Below are positions 45,486 to 58,810 of a DNA stretch of 64,000 nt, in pieces. The stretch comes from Octopus sinensis (taxonomy: Eukaryota). Made by a program: the position numbers and the translations under genes. Within the stretch, counting starts at the first letter, position 1; each line of letters opens with the position of its first letter. Below the pieces are notes generated by a model. The model was not told the DNA's origin. It saw nothing but the letters and a program-made list of their open reading frames with translations, and did not search any database. The stretch spans positions 1 through 64,000 of the forward strand of contig NW_021833267.1 in NCBI RefSeq assembly GCF_006345805.1, in the 5' to 3' direction.

Positions 45486-46107
45486 AACATAAATACATAC
45501 ATACATAATATATACATAGATTTAGAATATATAATCCGAACATAACAAACCGGTCCATACCATACCACGCTTGCATACCGACATCATAAAAAAAAATCAT
45601 TAACTCACCGCTGGATACAGCCGCATTTCTAGGAAATGTGCGTTAGTTAATCAACGCCGTTTTATCAGCTTCCTAACCACGCTCTGAAAGATTTTACTAG
45701 ATTTAGCAACTGAATTATCCATTTCTGACGTAAAATCTGACAGCTGATGAATTTAACCATTTTCTGAATTTCGTGGATTCAACCAAAGCCCATTAGAAAT
45801 TGACAGCCCTTCTGAAAACAGCTGAAATGATATTGCGAGCGTTTTAAAAGGAATTTCGGATCACTCTTTGCAGCTTTGCTGCCGGAGAACTTCGGATTCT
45901 TTATTCTCAGCATGGTACTTTAGGGAAATCACTCCTTTTAAATCGCAAAGCCAGCGAATATATTTACGCACCTTTTTTCTTTAAATCTACGGACATGCTC
46001 TAAGATGAGGACCTTTTAACAGAAGGTGGAAGACCTGTAGCATTAATGCTTGGGCGATGACATGAGGATCCTATGATTTTTTCTGGTTTTTCCCTAGTCA
46101 AAATCCT

Positions 46108-46358
46108 AGTAGGATCGCGGTTTCGATTCCCAGACCGAGCGTTGTGAGTGTTTATTGAGCGAAAACACCTAAAGCTCCACGAGACTCCTGCAGGGGGTGG
46201 TGGAGATCCCTGCTGTACTCTTTCGCCACAAATTTCTCTCACTCTTTCTTCTGTTGGCCTGCTCGCTTAGTCAGCGGGGTGGCGTCATTTGAATGTTAAA
46301 ACAATGCGAAGCTCATTTTGACAAGTGATGTGTAGCAACATCTGATAGCCTGGTCGAT
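46108..46358 (+). mobile_element. SINE-like element (family C), 5'-truncated
   Basis: B-box-like GGTTTCGATTCCC followed by a GC-richer body of SINE size; single copy in the window. Confidence 0.6.
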
Positions 46359-46438
46359 ACTTCGCATCCTTTACACAATATAAATAATATATTTATACAT
46401 ATATATATATATTATATATATATATTATATATATATAT

Positions 46439-46470
<32 letters not shown>

Positions 46471-46631
46471 GTATGTATATGTACTTATATATGAGTATAT
46501 GTAAATTAGACCACTGCTTCGCAAACTGATATGCCGTACCGGCAGTTATTTTCCAATGTGCCAGAGAGCGGTATAATTCTTATTATATTATCTTATACCG
46601 AAAACAAGGTTTGTTTCTTTCCTTCAAATTC

Positions 46632-46691
46632 GCCGTGGTGCCCCAGCATGGCCGCAGTCAAACAACTGAAACAAGTAAAAGAATAAAAGAA

Positions 46692-46692
<1 letters not shown>
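46632..46692 (+). mobile_element. SINE family B 3' tail
   Basis: GGTGCCCCAGCATGGCCGCAGTCAAA..CTGAAACAAGTAAAAGAATAAAAGAAT. Confidence 0.75.
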
Positions 46693-46731
<39 letters not shown>

Positions 46732-46916
46732 GTACATATATACATCTCTATAGACAAACACACGCGCGCAAACGCACTCAAGAATGCACGCACATACACA
46801 CACAATTGCACACACAATCACACACGTACGGACACAAACATACCCACGCACTCACACAAAATACACCACAGTATATTCCTTCTTCCGGCTTTCATTTGCC
46901 AATCATATATATATTA

Positions 46917-46963
<47 letters not shown>

Positions 46964-47646
46964 GATATATATATATATATAAATAAATATAGACACATAC
47001 ATACATATATATATATATACATAAACATATATATACTATAAATATATATATATGTATATATATGGGTACATATATATATATACATGTATGTATATGTACG
47101 TATGTATATATATATGTGTTTTTGGTAGAAATGTAAAAAATACAACAATATCAACGCATACTCAAAAGTAAAAAGTTGCATATAAATCATATTAGAAACC
47201 AATGAAATAATGAATGAATATGAACAAATATAAATAGAAGATAATGATCAAATAATTGAATAATACGTAATATAAATATACAAATATAGTTCGGTAATGT
47301 GAGAAGATAACAAAAATATAAGGCAGAAAATATATAATACCGAAATAAATTATATAAATGTAAAAATAATTAAGTAAACATAATATATATGTATACATAT
47401 ATTTACGTATGTGTATGTATCCTTGCTAAGCGATGCAAATTCGCACATGTATACACATACATATATATATATACATACATACACACAGACACACTTATGC
47501 AATTACATGAAATGGAACAAATATGAGTGAATAACCTCGATCTTGTAAATCAGGAATAAAATCTGCTGTGCCATACTAAGGCATCTGTGTATTATACATG
47601 TGTGTACACACATACATACAGATATGCATATACATACATGCATACT

Positions 47647-47682
<36 letters not shown>

Positions 47683-47724
47683 TATTATATATATATATAT
47701 ATACCACATATATATAATGTAAGT

Positions 47725-47921
47725 ATATGCATGTATATGTATGTATATGAATTTTCTCTACCTACCTCTATCTATTTATCTATCTATCTATCTATGATCT
47801 ATCTATCATCTATCTATCTATCTATCTATCTATCTCTATCTATCTATATCTATCTATGATCTATCTATCTATCTATCGATCGATTGATCTATCTGTCTGT
47901 CTATCTGTCTGTATCTGTCTG

Positions 47922-47980
<59 letters not shown>

Positions 47981-48000
47981 CTCTCTATCTATCTATCTAA

Positions 48001-48031
<31 letters not shown>

Positions 48032-48212
48032 GATATCTGTCTATCCATCTGTCTATCTGTCTGTCTATCTGTCTGTCTACCTATCTATCTATATATCTGT
48101 CTGTTTGTATGTACGTACGTATGTATGTATGTATGTATATAATATATATATACACATATATATATGTAATATATGCATGTATATGTATGTATATGAATTT
48201 TCTCTACCTACC

Positions 48213-48301
<89 letters not shown>

Positions 48302-48354
48302 GTCTATCTCTCTACCTATCTATCTATCGATCGATTGATCTATCTGTCTGTCTA

Positions 48355-48425
<71 letters not shown>

Positions 48426-48430
48426 CTCTC

Positions 48431-48479
<49 letters not shown>

Positions 48480-48600
48480 GATATCTGTCTATCCATCTGT
48501 CTATCTGTCTGTCTATCTGTCTGTCTACCTATCTATCTATCTATCTGTCTGTTTGTATGTACGTACGTATGTATGTATGTATGTATATAAATATATATAT
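47725..48600. repeat. Tandem duplication (~445 bp) of a compound (TATC)n block
   Basis: ATATGCATGTATATGTATGTATATGAATTTTCTCTACCTACC at 47725 and 48171, with the same internal landmarks (ATCGATCGATTGATC, CTGTTTGTATGTACGTACG). Confidence 0.9.
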
Positions 48601-48611
48601 ATATATACATG

Positions 48612-48644
<33 letters not shown>

Positions 48645-49559
48645 GTAGGTATGTATGTATCCATATCTACCTATACAGCGAGATGGAGACTGACAAACAG
48701 ACAAAATATGAAAGCGAAAAACACAGAAATTTATGCGATGTAAACCTAATGAACAAGAAAACAAGTGACGACGTACAATTAAATATATTGCATACTTTCC
48801 CCGAGGCGAGGCTGTACATGTGTAAGTCGAACGAGAGAAAATTAGAAAAAACTTAAAAACAGATATATATATATATATAGCCTCAGCATCCACCACACAC
48901 ATTTACTACAATTTTATTCTCTACGGGTAAATCATCTCCGAAGATTTCATTAGTGTTTCACATTTTCATTAATGAGTAATACTCCAGATGAGTTGCTGAA
49001 TAGAAAAAACCGAAAATGGATTTTTCACTAGTAGGAAGATGAATATTTTTTTATTGTTACATTTTTAGTTTTCTAATTTTTTTTTTTTTTTTCGTAATAT
49101 TTTGTAAAGTTTATTTCCATCCGAGAGTTTCTGAGATCTCCATAGTAAGAAACTCCAGAGGAAGCTCAACAGCAAAGTTGCTTCAGAACACCTCACCACC
49201 CTGTCGTTCAAGCGTTTCGGCCATATACACCATACACTCTAAGATGGATAGTATGTATTTAATACTTGACTTACGTATACCCCTCAGATCTCAATTTCTC
49301 TTCTAATATCTGCCTTGGCATCTATTCCTTCGTGGATGGTTAATGTAACCCAGAGCCAAAGTCCCTTCTAGACTGTAGCTGACTGTAGCGAACGAGGTGT
49401 TGCTCTTAAATTCTTGACTTTGGGAAAAAGAAAATACAGGAGGTATTAATTATGACTTCATTCAACATATTCCCTTCTCAAATTGACATATTTATTGCAG
49501 TAGTCCTTCAGTTTCTCTAAGCTCTGTAATTAATAATGTTATAATTGTTCAATTAAATG

Positions 49560-49699
49560 GAGCCCCTTGAAAGAGTCGTACTGCATTACTTCTGGACATC
49601 CTGTTGCTTATTTTGATTTTATTTACTTTATTTTGAAGTTGTACGGATAAAACTGCACTAATTTTTGGTGCTTCAAATCAAGTACCTAATTCATCTGAA

Positions 49700-49706
<7 letters not shown>
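49560..49706 (+). mobile_element. Diverged relative of family H3, 3' end
   Basis: CTGTTGCTTATTTTGATT...TGGTGCTTC..AAGTACCTAATTCATCTGAATCT then (TA)n, matching the reverse complement of 24270-24400. Confidence 0.55.
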
Positions 49707-49748
<42 letters not shown>

Positions 49749-50029
49749 TAAAGGGTGAAATATAATTAATTTAATATAATCTACAAATTTCACCAAGTAG
49801 TGTTTCGGTATGGAAAAGGACTATATTCGGTAAAATTATATATAATTATCACAATGAGGGTCTTTGCAACAGGTTGCTAGACCACATACCGAAAGTATTA
49901 GAAATAGCAGCCAGAAGACTGTTATTTCTTTTATTACAAAAATATGTCCCACAGACAACAGTATTTGTAACTCATTATGGCAAAAAGAAAAAACGAAGAA
50001 AAATAACGAAATCAAACAGTCTCCGCTCA

Positions 50030-50089
50030 ATTATCGACGCATACGTTTCTGGATTAGAATCAGAGATTCATTTTCTTCATCAACATAAT
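50030..50089 (-). ncRNA. Degenerate type-I hammerhead motif inside a TA-flanked segment (~49745-50148)
   Basis: Reverse complement: ATTATG-TTGATGA-AG..GAATC-TCT-GATTC..CCA-GAA-ACG-TATG-CGT-C-GATAAT. Confidence 0.5.
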
Positions 50090-50145
50090 ATTCGATAAAT
50101 AAATCTAGAAATACTAGGAAATCTTACCCTCCATATTCCGAACAG

Positions 50146-50202
<57 letters not shown>

Positions 50203-50204
<2 letters not shown>

Positions 50205-50493
50205 TTCTTTTTCCCCGTCTGTCTTGATATAGACAATGGGTTGCGCCAAGGGTGGGGCCACTTTGATGATGTGCAGCGTCTGCTGTGACTGCACAGTCCA
50301 ATTCTAGAGTGGCAGTCCTTGGTACAGTTGCTGCACACGAACATCGATGGGTACGTGTGGGGTGTTGCTGCGTTGTCCTCCTCCTGTCCCGCCTGTCCAA
50401 CCACAGCTGTGCTCTCCTCTCCTCAGCCATGGAAACGCCTTTCCTCACCGTCCGACGCCAGGCAGAGCGGTCAGCAGCTGTTTCCTCCCACGT
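50203..50493 (-). mobile_element. RTE-clade LINE 3' fragment
   Basis: TWEETAADRSAWRRTVRKG...FVCSNCTKDCHSRIGLCSHSRRC (WE..A.DR..WR motif plus C2H2-like tail) and a short UTR. Confidence 0.88.
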
Positions 50494-50628
50494 GTGTGTG
50501 TATGCATGTATATATGTATATATATATACACACACACATTGGTTACTGCACAGCTATGCGGAAATACACTGGGAGGTAACACAGTAGGATTGGATTTAAA
50601 TCCACGTGACTGCAATGTAAGCATCTTA

Positions 50629-50681
<53 letters not shown>

Positions 50682-50805
50682 TGTGAGTGTGTGTGTATAC
50701 GTATTATCATTCAATCAGAAAAGAATGAACGCCAAAAATGACCACAATGAAATTTCAACCTGCTGCGGGATACGCCTACACCAGTAATGCAATATTTTCT
50801 GTTCG

Positions 50806-50958
50806 AAAGGCGGCGAGCTGCGAATTCCACCGAGGTCAGATTTGCCTTTCGTCCTTTCGGTGTTGATAATTTAAGTACCAATTGCGCATAGGGGTCGATC
50901 TAATCGACTGGCCCCCTCCTGCCCCAAAATTTCGGACCTCGTGCCTAAAGTAGAAAAG
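50806..50958 (+). mobile_element. SINE family A with internal 5' deletion and probable 15-bp TSD
   Basis: AGGCGGCGAGCTG|CGAATTCCACCGAGGTC...TAGAAAAG, flanked by AATATTTTCTGTTCG and AATATTCTCTGTTCG. Confidence 0.85.
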
Positions 50959-50972
50959 AATATTCTCTGTTC

Positions 50973-51390
50973 GGATCTTTTCGGTTTGAACGGCAGTTTG
51001 TAACAAAATTTCTTGGTAACTAAAAAATTTTAAACTTCGTATACTGGTTGAATGTTTTTATAAAATATCTTTTTCTCTTGGCTTTATTGAGAAAATGCTA
51101 TAGTTTGTAAGATATTTGTTGTTTTTTTTCCTTCAATTTCTGCAATTTCAACCAATCAATGACCGTCTATTGAGGTGAAAACATTCTGTGCCGTATGAAT
51201 ATGTCCCTGGTTTAAGAAACAGATTGGGTTTATTTACATTTGTGAAGAAAATACGATACCTTCCCACCACCCCTAACCCTAACCCTAACTCTAACCCTAA
51301 CCCTAAAATAGATTGAAATGCAATAGATCGATACTAGGGTCATAATTATGAGTGACAATTTCATATGACACCGCTAGGAAAAACTGGCGA
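50973..51390. mobile_element. MITE-like element containing (CCCTAA)6
   Basis: CGGCAGTTT near the left end versus AAACTGGCG at the right end; telomere-type repeats at 51271-51306. Confidence 0.55.
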
Positions 51391-52056
51391 AAGTATCTCT
51401 CTGTTCGACGCTCGATCATGTCCACCAAACACTTCATTAAGTTTCTCGGTAGTTAAAATACCTAGAATTGATTCAGCAAGTATAATCACTCGTCTTCTAA
51501 ACTTATAGAGAAGCCACCCACAGGTCTTCCTGATATTTCGGAAGTGGAAGGACAGCGTAAATATTGTAGTCCTACAAAGACTCTGTCATAATGAAAGAAA
51601 TGGCATAAAAGGACAGGATGATCAATGATGGAATGTCTTCGTCATTAAATTTACGAGAACGAGGTGAACTGGGGGCGCAACGACAACACAGTAGGAACGA
51701 AGTGAAGCCTTAATTTCAAATGATTGAATATATTGTACGTCACCGAATATATGAATGCGAGCAAATAGTCACAAACAAAATCCAATTCATATATACACGT
51801 GGATATGATCCTGCATTCTGAATGTATATGCAATGCACTGGTATGTATATATGCATACAAACACACACAAATACCGTAAACATATACATGCATACAAACA
51901 CAAACGCATGCACATGTATGAGTGTATGTATTATATGAGTATGTAAGTATGTTTGCATCTATTTATACATATACATATATATATACATATATGGAGATAG
52001 ATAGATAGATAGATAGTTATATAGAAATATAGATTTAGATATATAATGCATGTATG

Positions 52057-52097
<41 letters not shown>

Positions 52098-52830
52098 GTA
52101 TATATATTTATGCATGTATATTTATATATATATATATCCCTGTGTGTATGTATATGTACTGAAATTTATATACCTATACATATATAGGAATGAGAACATT
52201 CAGAAACATATGCATGCGTATATATGTGTGGGGGTGTATTATTGTCTATGTAGGTGTGTGTGTGTGTTTCTGTTCATGGTTCTGTGTATTCAGGAACAAA
52301 TTCCGCAAGGACATTTTTCTCATTGGACTCTTTTCTATGTTTCTCAATACACCCCTTCTTTCTTTCTTTCTTTCTTTCTTTCTCTCCGTTCCTCTTTTCC
52401 TTCTCCCCCTTACACCACCTCAGCCATCCCAACCACCACCTCGTCCACCGCCAGCACCACACAGCAGCTTTTTCCGCCATTATTTTGTATGAACATCCTT
52501 TTCATTATCTGATATAATTAAGGAATAATTAAAAAAATTACAAACATACAAAATAAATAAATAATTAAAACAAAGCAAACAGACAAAACAAAGCAAGTAA
52601 AAAAAAATGTAAAGAAATCCAAAGAATATTTACAATAAAATATTTATTGACTTCGAGTAAGTTGCCATATTTTTGTGTCTTTGAATAAAAGACAATCCGA
52701 TCATGTTGTTTACTTTGGCACGAATTGTTTTAATTCAATTTAAAAATTTATACTATTATTATTATTTTATCATTATGTATTATTATTATTATATTATTAT
52801 TTTATTATTATTATTATTATTATTATTATA

Positions 52831-52861
<31 letters not shown>

Positions 52862-53878
52862 CATTATTATTATTATATTATTATTATTATTATCATTCTT
52901 ATTATTATTATCATTATTATTATTATCTATTATATTATTATTATATATTATTATTATATTATTATTATAACTATTATTATTTTTATTATTTCTGCCTTCT
53001 CTTTTCATATGGATACTTGAATTAGTTCTCTGCTTATATTTCCGCATACAACAACGAAGAACCGCTATGAAACAGTGAGACCTAGAACAATAAAAGAACA
53101 ACAGTTGCAACACCAATATCAACAATAGTTACGACAATAACACGTCACACATACGTACACCCCCACACACAAAGAAAAAATAAAAAAAAAACAGAAAATA
53201 ATAATATTGTACAAATTGAATTGTAAAAGTTCCCTTCAATTTTCTATATCTTTCAAATTGCTATTTATTAACCCTTATTCAATATTTATTTGAATTTCTT
53301 AAACGGTGAATTCGATATTGCATAAAACTTCGTGTCATTCATCATTAATATTTTTTCTCTTTACTTAATATATTGTTCCACGTTGTGTAACTTAGAAAAC
53401 TTCGCTGGTTTTGTTGGACTTCAATTATTTTCTTTTCTTTCTTTTTTTTTTTTTGATCGTATTAAAATTTTTGAATTGTTTTATTTTGTTCCAAAAATGG
53501 TATTTACGAATTACATGAACAGAATAAATATTGTATGAATAGGCAAATGAAATATGAAGACAGTGGCTGATTGTCAGAATTATTTGTGTTTCGGATAAAA
53601 TGTCTCACGGTAATTATGCATTTATTTCCAGTTCATAGCATTCTGGGTTCAAATCCTATCGAAGTCAAACAAGTAGACAGTCCAGAACAGTTGCAGGAGA
53701 TTCCGAAGTTGTATGGAGGCCGTGGTTGAAGCCAATGGTAAGTTTATTGAATAGATTTACTCTTTAGTATTTCAAGATATTTTTAACGTAATTTTAGTAA
53801 ATATATCTTTTAAAATGTGATGTCAGTGTCATTTTCATTTTTGTGTAATTTAGACGGCAGTTCACTCACTGCACCCAG

Positions 53879-56815
53879 TATGTATGTATGTATGTTTGTA
53901 AGTATGTATGTATGCATGCATTCATGTATGTATGTATGTATGCATGTATGTATGTATGTATGTATGTATGTATGTATGAATGTATGTATGTATGTATGTA
54001 TGTATGCATGTATGCATGTATGCATGTATGCATGTATGTATGTATGTTTGTATGTATGTATGCATGCATGTATGTATGTACGTATGTAAGCATGTATGTA
54101 GATATGAAGGTATGTATGTTTGTAAGTATGTATGTATGCATGTATGCATGTATTATCATGCATATATGTATGTATGTATGTATGAATGTAAGCATGTAGT
54201 TTGTATGTATGTATGCATGCTGTATGTATGTAAGCATGTATGTAGATATGTAGGTATGTATGTTTGTAAGTATGTATTATGCATGCATGCATGCATGTAT
54301 GTATATATTAGTATGTAGCTATGTATGTATGTATGCATGCGTGTATGTATGTATGTAGGTAGGTATGTATGTATGTATGCTGTATGTGTGTATGTATTCA
54401 TGTATGTATGCAATGTATGCATGTATGTATGTATGTATGCTGTAATGCGCATGTATGCATGTATGCATGTATGTATGTATGCATGTATGTATGCATATGT
54501 TGTAGTATGTATGCATGCATGTATGTATGTACTTATGTAAGCATGTATGTAGATATGAAGGTATGATGTTTGTAAGTATGTTGTATGCATGTATGCATGT
54601 ATGTATGCATGCATATATTATGTATGTATGAATGTAAGCATTATTTATGCATGTATGTATACATGTATGTTTGCATGCATGTATGTGATGTATGTAAGCA
54701 TGTATGTATGTATGTATGTAATGTATGTATGTATGTATGTATGCATGTATGCATGTATGCATGTATGCATGTATGTATGTATGTTTGTATGTATGTATGC
54801 ATGCATGTATGTATGTACGTATGTAAGCATGTATGTAGATATGAAGGTATGTATGTTTGTAAGTATGTATGTATGCATGTATGCATGTATGTATGCATGC
54901 ATATATGTATGTATGTATGTATGAATGTAAGCATGTATGTTTGTATGTATGTATGCATGCATGTATGTATGTAAGCATGTGTGTAGATATGTAGGTATGT
55001 ATGTTTGTAAGTATGTATGTATGCATGCATGCATGCATGTATGTATATATGTAGGTATGTAGCTATGTATGTATGTATGCATGCGTGTATGTATGTATGT
55101 AGGTAGGTATGTATGTATGCATGTATGTGTGTATGTATGCATGTATGTATGCATGTATGCATGTATGTATGTATGTATGCATGTATGTATGCATGTATGC
55201 ATGTATGCATGTATGTATGTATGCATGTATGTATGCATGTATGTTTGTATGTATGTATGCATGCATGTATGTATGTACGTATGTAAGCATGTATGTAGAT
55301 ATGAAGGTATGTATGTTTGTAAGTATGTATGCATGCATGTATGCATGTATGTATGCATGCATATATGTATGTATGTATGTATGAATGTAAGCATGTATGT
55401 ATGCATGTATGTATACATGTATGTTTGCATGCATGTATGTATGTATGTAAGCATGTGTGTAGATATGTAGGTACGAGGGGCGTTCAATAAGTAATGCCTC
55501 TGACCCACTTGCAGTTGTTTGATCTAGCTCTGAATTAATTGTGGTTTCTGATTTACAGGTGTTTGAACCGAGTCAAGTGTGAAATGGAGCCTGTTGAGTG
55601 TCGGGCAGTGATCCGGTTTTTGTATTTGAAATGACGCACACCACGGGAGACTTTTGATGAAATGAAAGTAACTTATGGTGATGATGCCCCATCATATGAC
55701 CTTGTAAAACGCTGGCATCGTGAATTCAAACATGGTCGGAACTCTGTGGAAACAGTTCCCAGATCTGGTCGCCCCCTTCTGCCATTGATGAGGCATCTGT
55801 CCGTCAAGTTGAGGCTGCCATTTTGGAAGATCGACGCATAATTATTCGCCAAATAGCCCATGAGGTCAAGATTAGTACCGGATCTGTGGAAACTATCATT
55901 CATGACCATTCGCATATGCAAAAGGTGTCTGCCAGATGTATTCCCAGGTTGCTCACGCCTTTGCAGAAGCAAGAACGCGTCGAGTCCTCGAGGGTGAATT
56001 TGGAGATGTGGCAAGAAGATGAGTCAAAATTTTTCAAAAGACTGATTACAAAGGATGAAACCTGGGTCCATCACGATGATCCAGAGACCAAAGCCCAGTC
56101 AATGCAGTGGAAGCACCGTGACTCACCTCCTCCAAAGAAGGCAAGGTTGCAGCCCTCCGCTGGCAAGGTCATGCTCACAGTCTTCTGGGACCAGGACGGA
56201 GTAGTGATGACAGATTTCCTGGCAAAGGGTACCACATTTGCAGGAGCCTATTATGCTTCACTTTTGAGGAAATTAAGAGAAGTTATCAAAATCAAGAGGC
56301 GGGGCAAGATCAGCAAAGGCATCCTCCTCCTGCAGGACAACGCTCCGGTCCACAACTCGCTTGTCGCCAGATCAGAAGCACAGAACTACTCCCCATCTCC
56401 CCTACTTTCCTGACCTTGCACCCTCTGATTTTCACCTCTTCCCAATCATGAAGTTGTTTTTGAAAGGAAAGTGTTTCCCAGGTGATGCAGCCTTGATTTC
56501 TGAAGTCACGTTGAGGTTGGAGGACCAAGCTGGGTTCTTCTACAAAAACGGTCTCCAGAGCCGCATCAAACGATGGGAGAAATGCGTAACTCTGGGTGGT
56601 TCCTATGTAGAAAAATACTAATAACTGTGCCAAGTTTCGTTGCTCAACTGCTATGGGAAGTGGGTCAGGGCCATTAGTGATTGAACACCCCTCGTAGGTA
56701 TGTTTGTATGTATGTATGCATGCATGCATGCATGTATGTATGCATGTATGTATGTATGTATGTATGTACGTGTATGTATGTATGTATGTATGTATGTATG
56801 TACGTAGGTAAATGT
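53879..56815. repeat. (ATGT/ATGC)n compound satellite with higher-order units, interrupted by mariner copy 2
   Basis: Landmark GTAAGCATGTATGTAGATATG recurs at ~54086, 54229, 54537, 54823, 55283. Confidence 0.92.
55474..56694 (+). mobile_element. Mariner (DD34D) transposon copy 2, decayed transposase 55584-56621
   Basis: Same TIRs with TA flanks. Motifs ITKDETWVHH, LLLQDNAPVH, HLPYFPDLAPSDFHLFP. Confidence 0.96.
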
Positions 56816-57244
56816 ATATAAAGAGATAGAAGCATAGACATATATTATGATTGCGGCCCGACAAAGAACTAATTTCTACAATAAATTTTATAATTTTTTT
56901 TGCTATAAACGTATTGCATTTCCATTGAGTTCAGGGAAAAGCTTCGTTTAAATCAACCGTACTACAGGTGATTGGTTACCCCAAAATATTGTACAAAGTA
57001 CAAGTAGAAGATTGATACTTAAATTGAAGCTAGGTTCGTAAGAATAGGAATTCGTAAGAACACAAGCTCGCATACAAATATCTCATCATCATAGCCGTCG
57101 GCGTCATCGATGTCGTCGTGGTCGTCGTCGTCGTCGTTGTTGTCACTGACATCGTCTTCCATCATATCCCCCCTGCCCCTTCTTCTCCTTCTCTGCATCA
57201 TTCTCACCGTCGTCTAAGTCATCCCCGTCACCACCGACAACCTC

Positions 57245-57408
57245 ATTATCATCATGGTCACCATCGACATCACCATCATGGTCACCATCGACATCGTCTC
57301 CGTCGTCTTCGTCGTCAAAATCATCATCATCATCATCATACTCATCATCATTATCATCACCACAATCATCATTATCATCAACATAATCATCATCATCGTC
57401 ATCATCAC

Positions 57409-57464
<56 letters not shown>

Positions 57465-57750
57465 CTATCATCATCCTCATCATCATTATCATCACCACCA
57501 TCATCATTTTCATCATCATCATCATCACCACCACCACCACCATCATCATCATCACCAACACCACCACCACCACCACCACCAGCATGATCATCGTCATCAT
57601 CATTATCATCATCATCATCATCACCACCACCACCAACACCACCACCATCATCATCATGATCATCATGATCATCATCATTATCATCACCAACACCACCACC
57701 ACCACCAGCATCATCATCGTCATAATCATTATCATCATCATCGTCATCAT
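57245..57750. repeat. (CAT/CAC)n microsatellite
   Basis: Direct reading. Confidence 0.92.
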
Positions 57751-58123
57751 CAACAAAAACAACAACATCGACAACAAAACCAACGCCATCGCCGCCACTG
57801 AGCTATTATTTATCAAGCTTCAATAGAGCTCCAGTCTCTAAACGCTATCTGCAGTCTGCTTGTTTATTTAGTCAATTAATTAAATTCCAAATGTTGCAGG
57901 ACATTTATTACTAAAAGAAAAACAAATAATTAAGTAACTACTAAATAAACAGTAAATACAAAAAAACTAAAATTTAAACAAAAAATGTCGAAATAAATCA
58001 CCCTACACCCTTCTCGTTCTTGCTGATCAATAAACCGAGGGAGTTATTAAACTTATAAGACACTGCATAATTACTAGTTGTCTCTGTGTTTGTGAACATG
58101 ATTGCTTATTTCTACCAGAGAAT

Positions 58124-58810
58124 CTGAGTAGGATGACCAGACGTGTACTGACCTGAGAAGAACTTTTTCCAATCTTCATTAGGATTTTTCAGATATTAAG
58201 TTATTCAATGGGACTTCCTTGTTTAAGACGGTAGGCCGTGTTTGAGAGAAATTTTAGTACTATGTCTAGCTATTGTCTGTATTATAAGGATATCAGGAAA
58301 ATCATACGTTGCCTCGTGTCTTGCAATATCTACACAAGGTTAGCACATTCCAACTTCCTAATCATTGGAGTACTGTGTTATGGTATTTTTATCTTGTTCT
58401 TCATGTCATTGTGGTTCTTCAGAGTTAGATATATCTTGACCTAACAAGCCTTTTAATTTGAGTAGGATGTCCAGGCACGTACTGACCTGAGAAGAGTTTT
58501 TTCCAGTCTTTATTAGAGTTTTTCAGATATTAGGGTTTTCAGATATCCAATGGGATTTCCTTGCTTAAGACGGCAGGCCGTGTTTGAGAGAATTTTGAGT
58601 GCTATTTCTAGCTGTTGTTTCTATTATAAGGATATTAGGAAAATTATACGTTGTCTCGTGTCTTGCAATATCTACAAAAATGGAAGGGCAGCACATTTCA
58701 ACTTCCTAATCATTGGTAACGGAGTGCTGTGTTATGGTATTTTTATATCGTTCCTCATGTCATTATGGTTCTTTAGAGTTAGATATATCTTGATCTGATA
58801 AGCCTTTAAT
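58124..58810. repeat. Diverged tandem duplication, ~335-350 bp x2
   Basis: TGAGTAGGATG.CCAG..GTACTGACCTGAGAAGA at 58125 and 58459; both units end AGAGTTAGATATATCTTGA...AAGCCTTT. Confidence 0.92.

Noticed and set aside
48727-48827. Possible exon ending at GTAAGT
   Set aside because: No polypyrimidine acceptor and no recognisable peptide.
51271-51306. True telomere or chromosome fusion site
   Set aside because: Only six units in one orientation, embedded in an element-like segment.
54319-55508. Long HTYI/MYVC-repeat ORFs
   Set aside because: Translation of the (ATGT)n satellite.
57118-57801. 227-aa His-rich ORF
   Set aside because: Read-through of a (CAT/CAC)n microsatellite; open in several frames and strands, with no domain or splice evidence.
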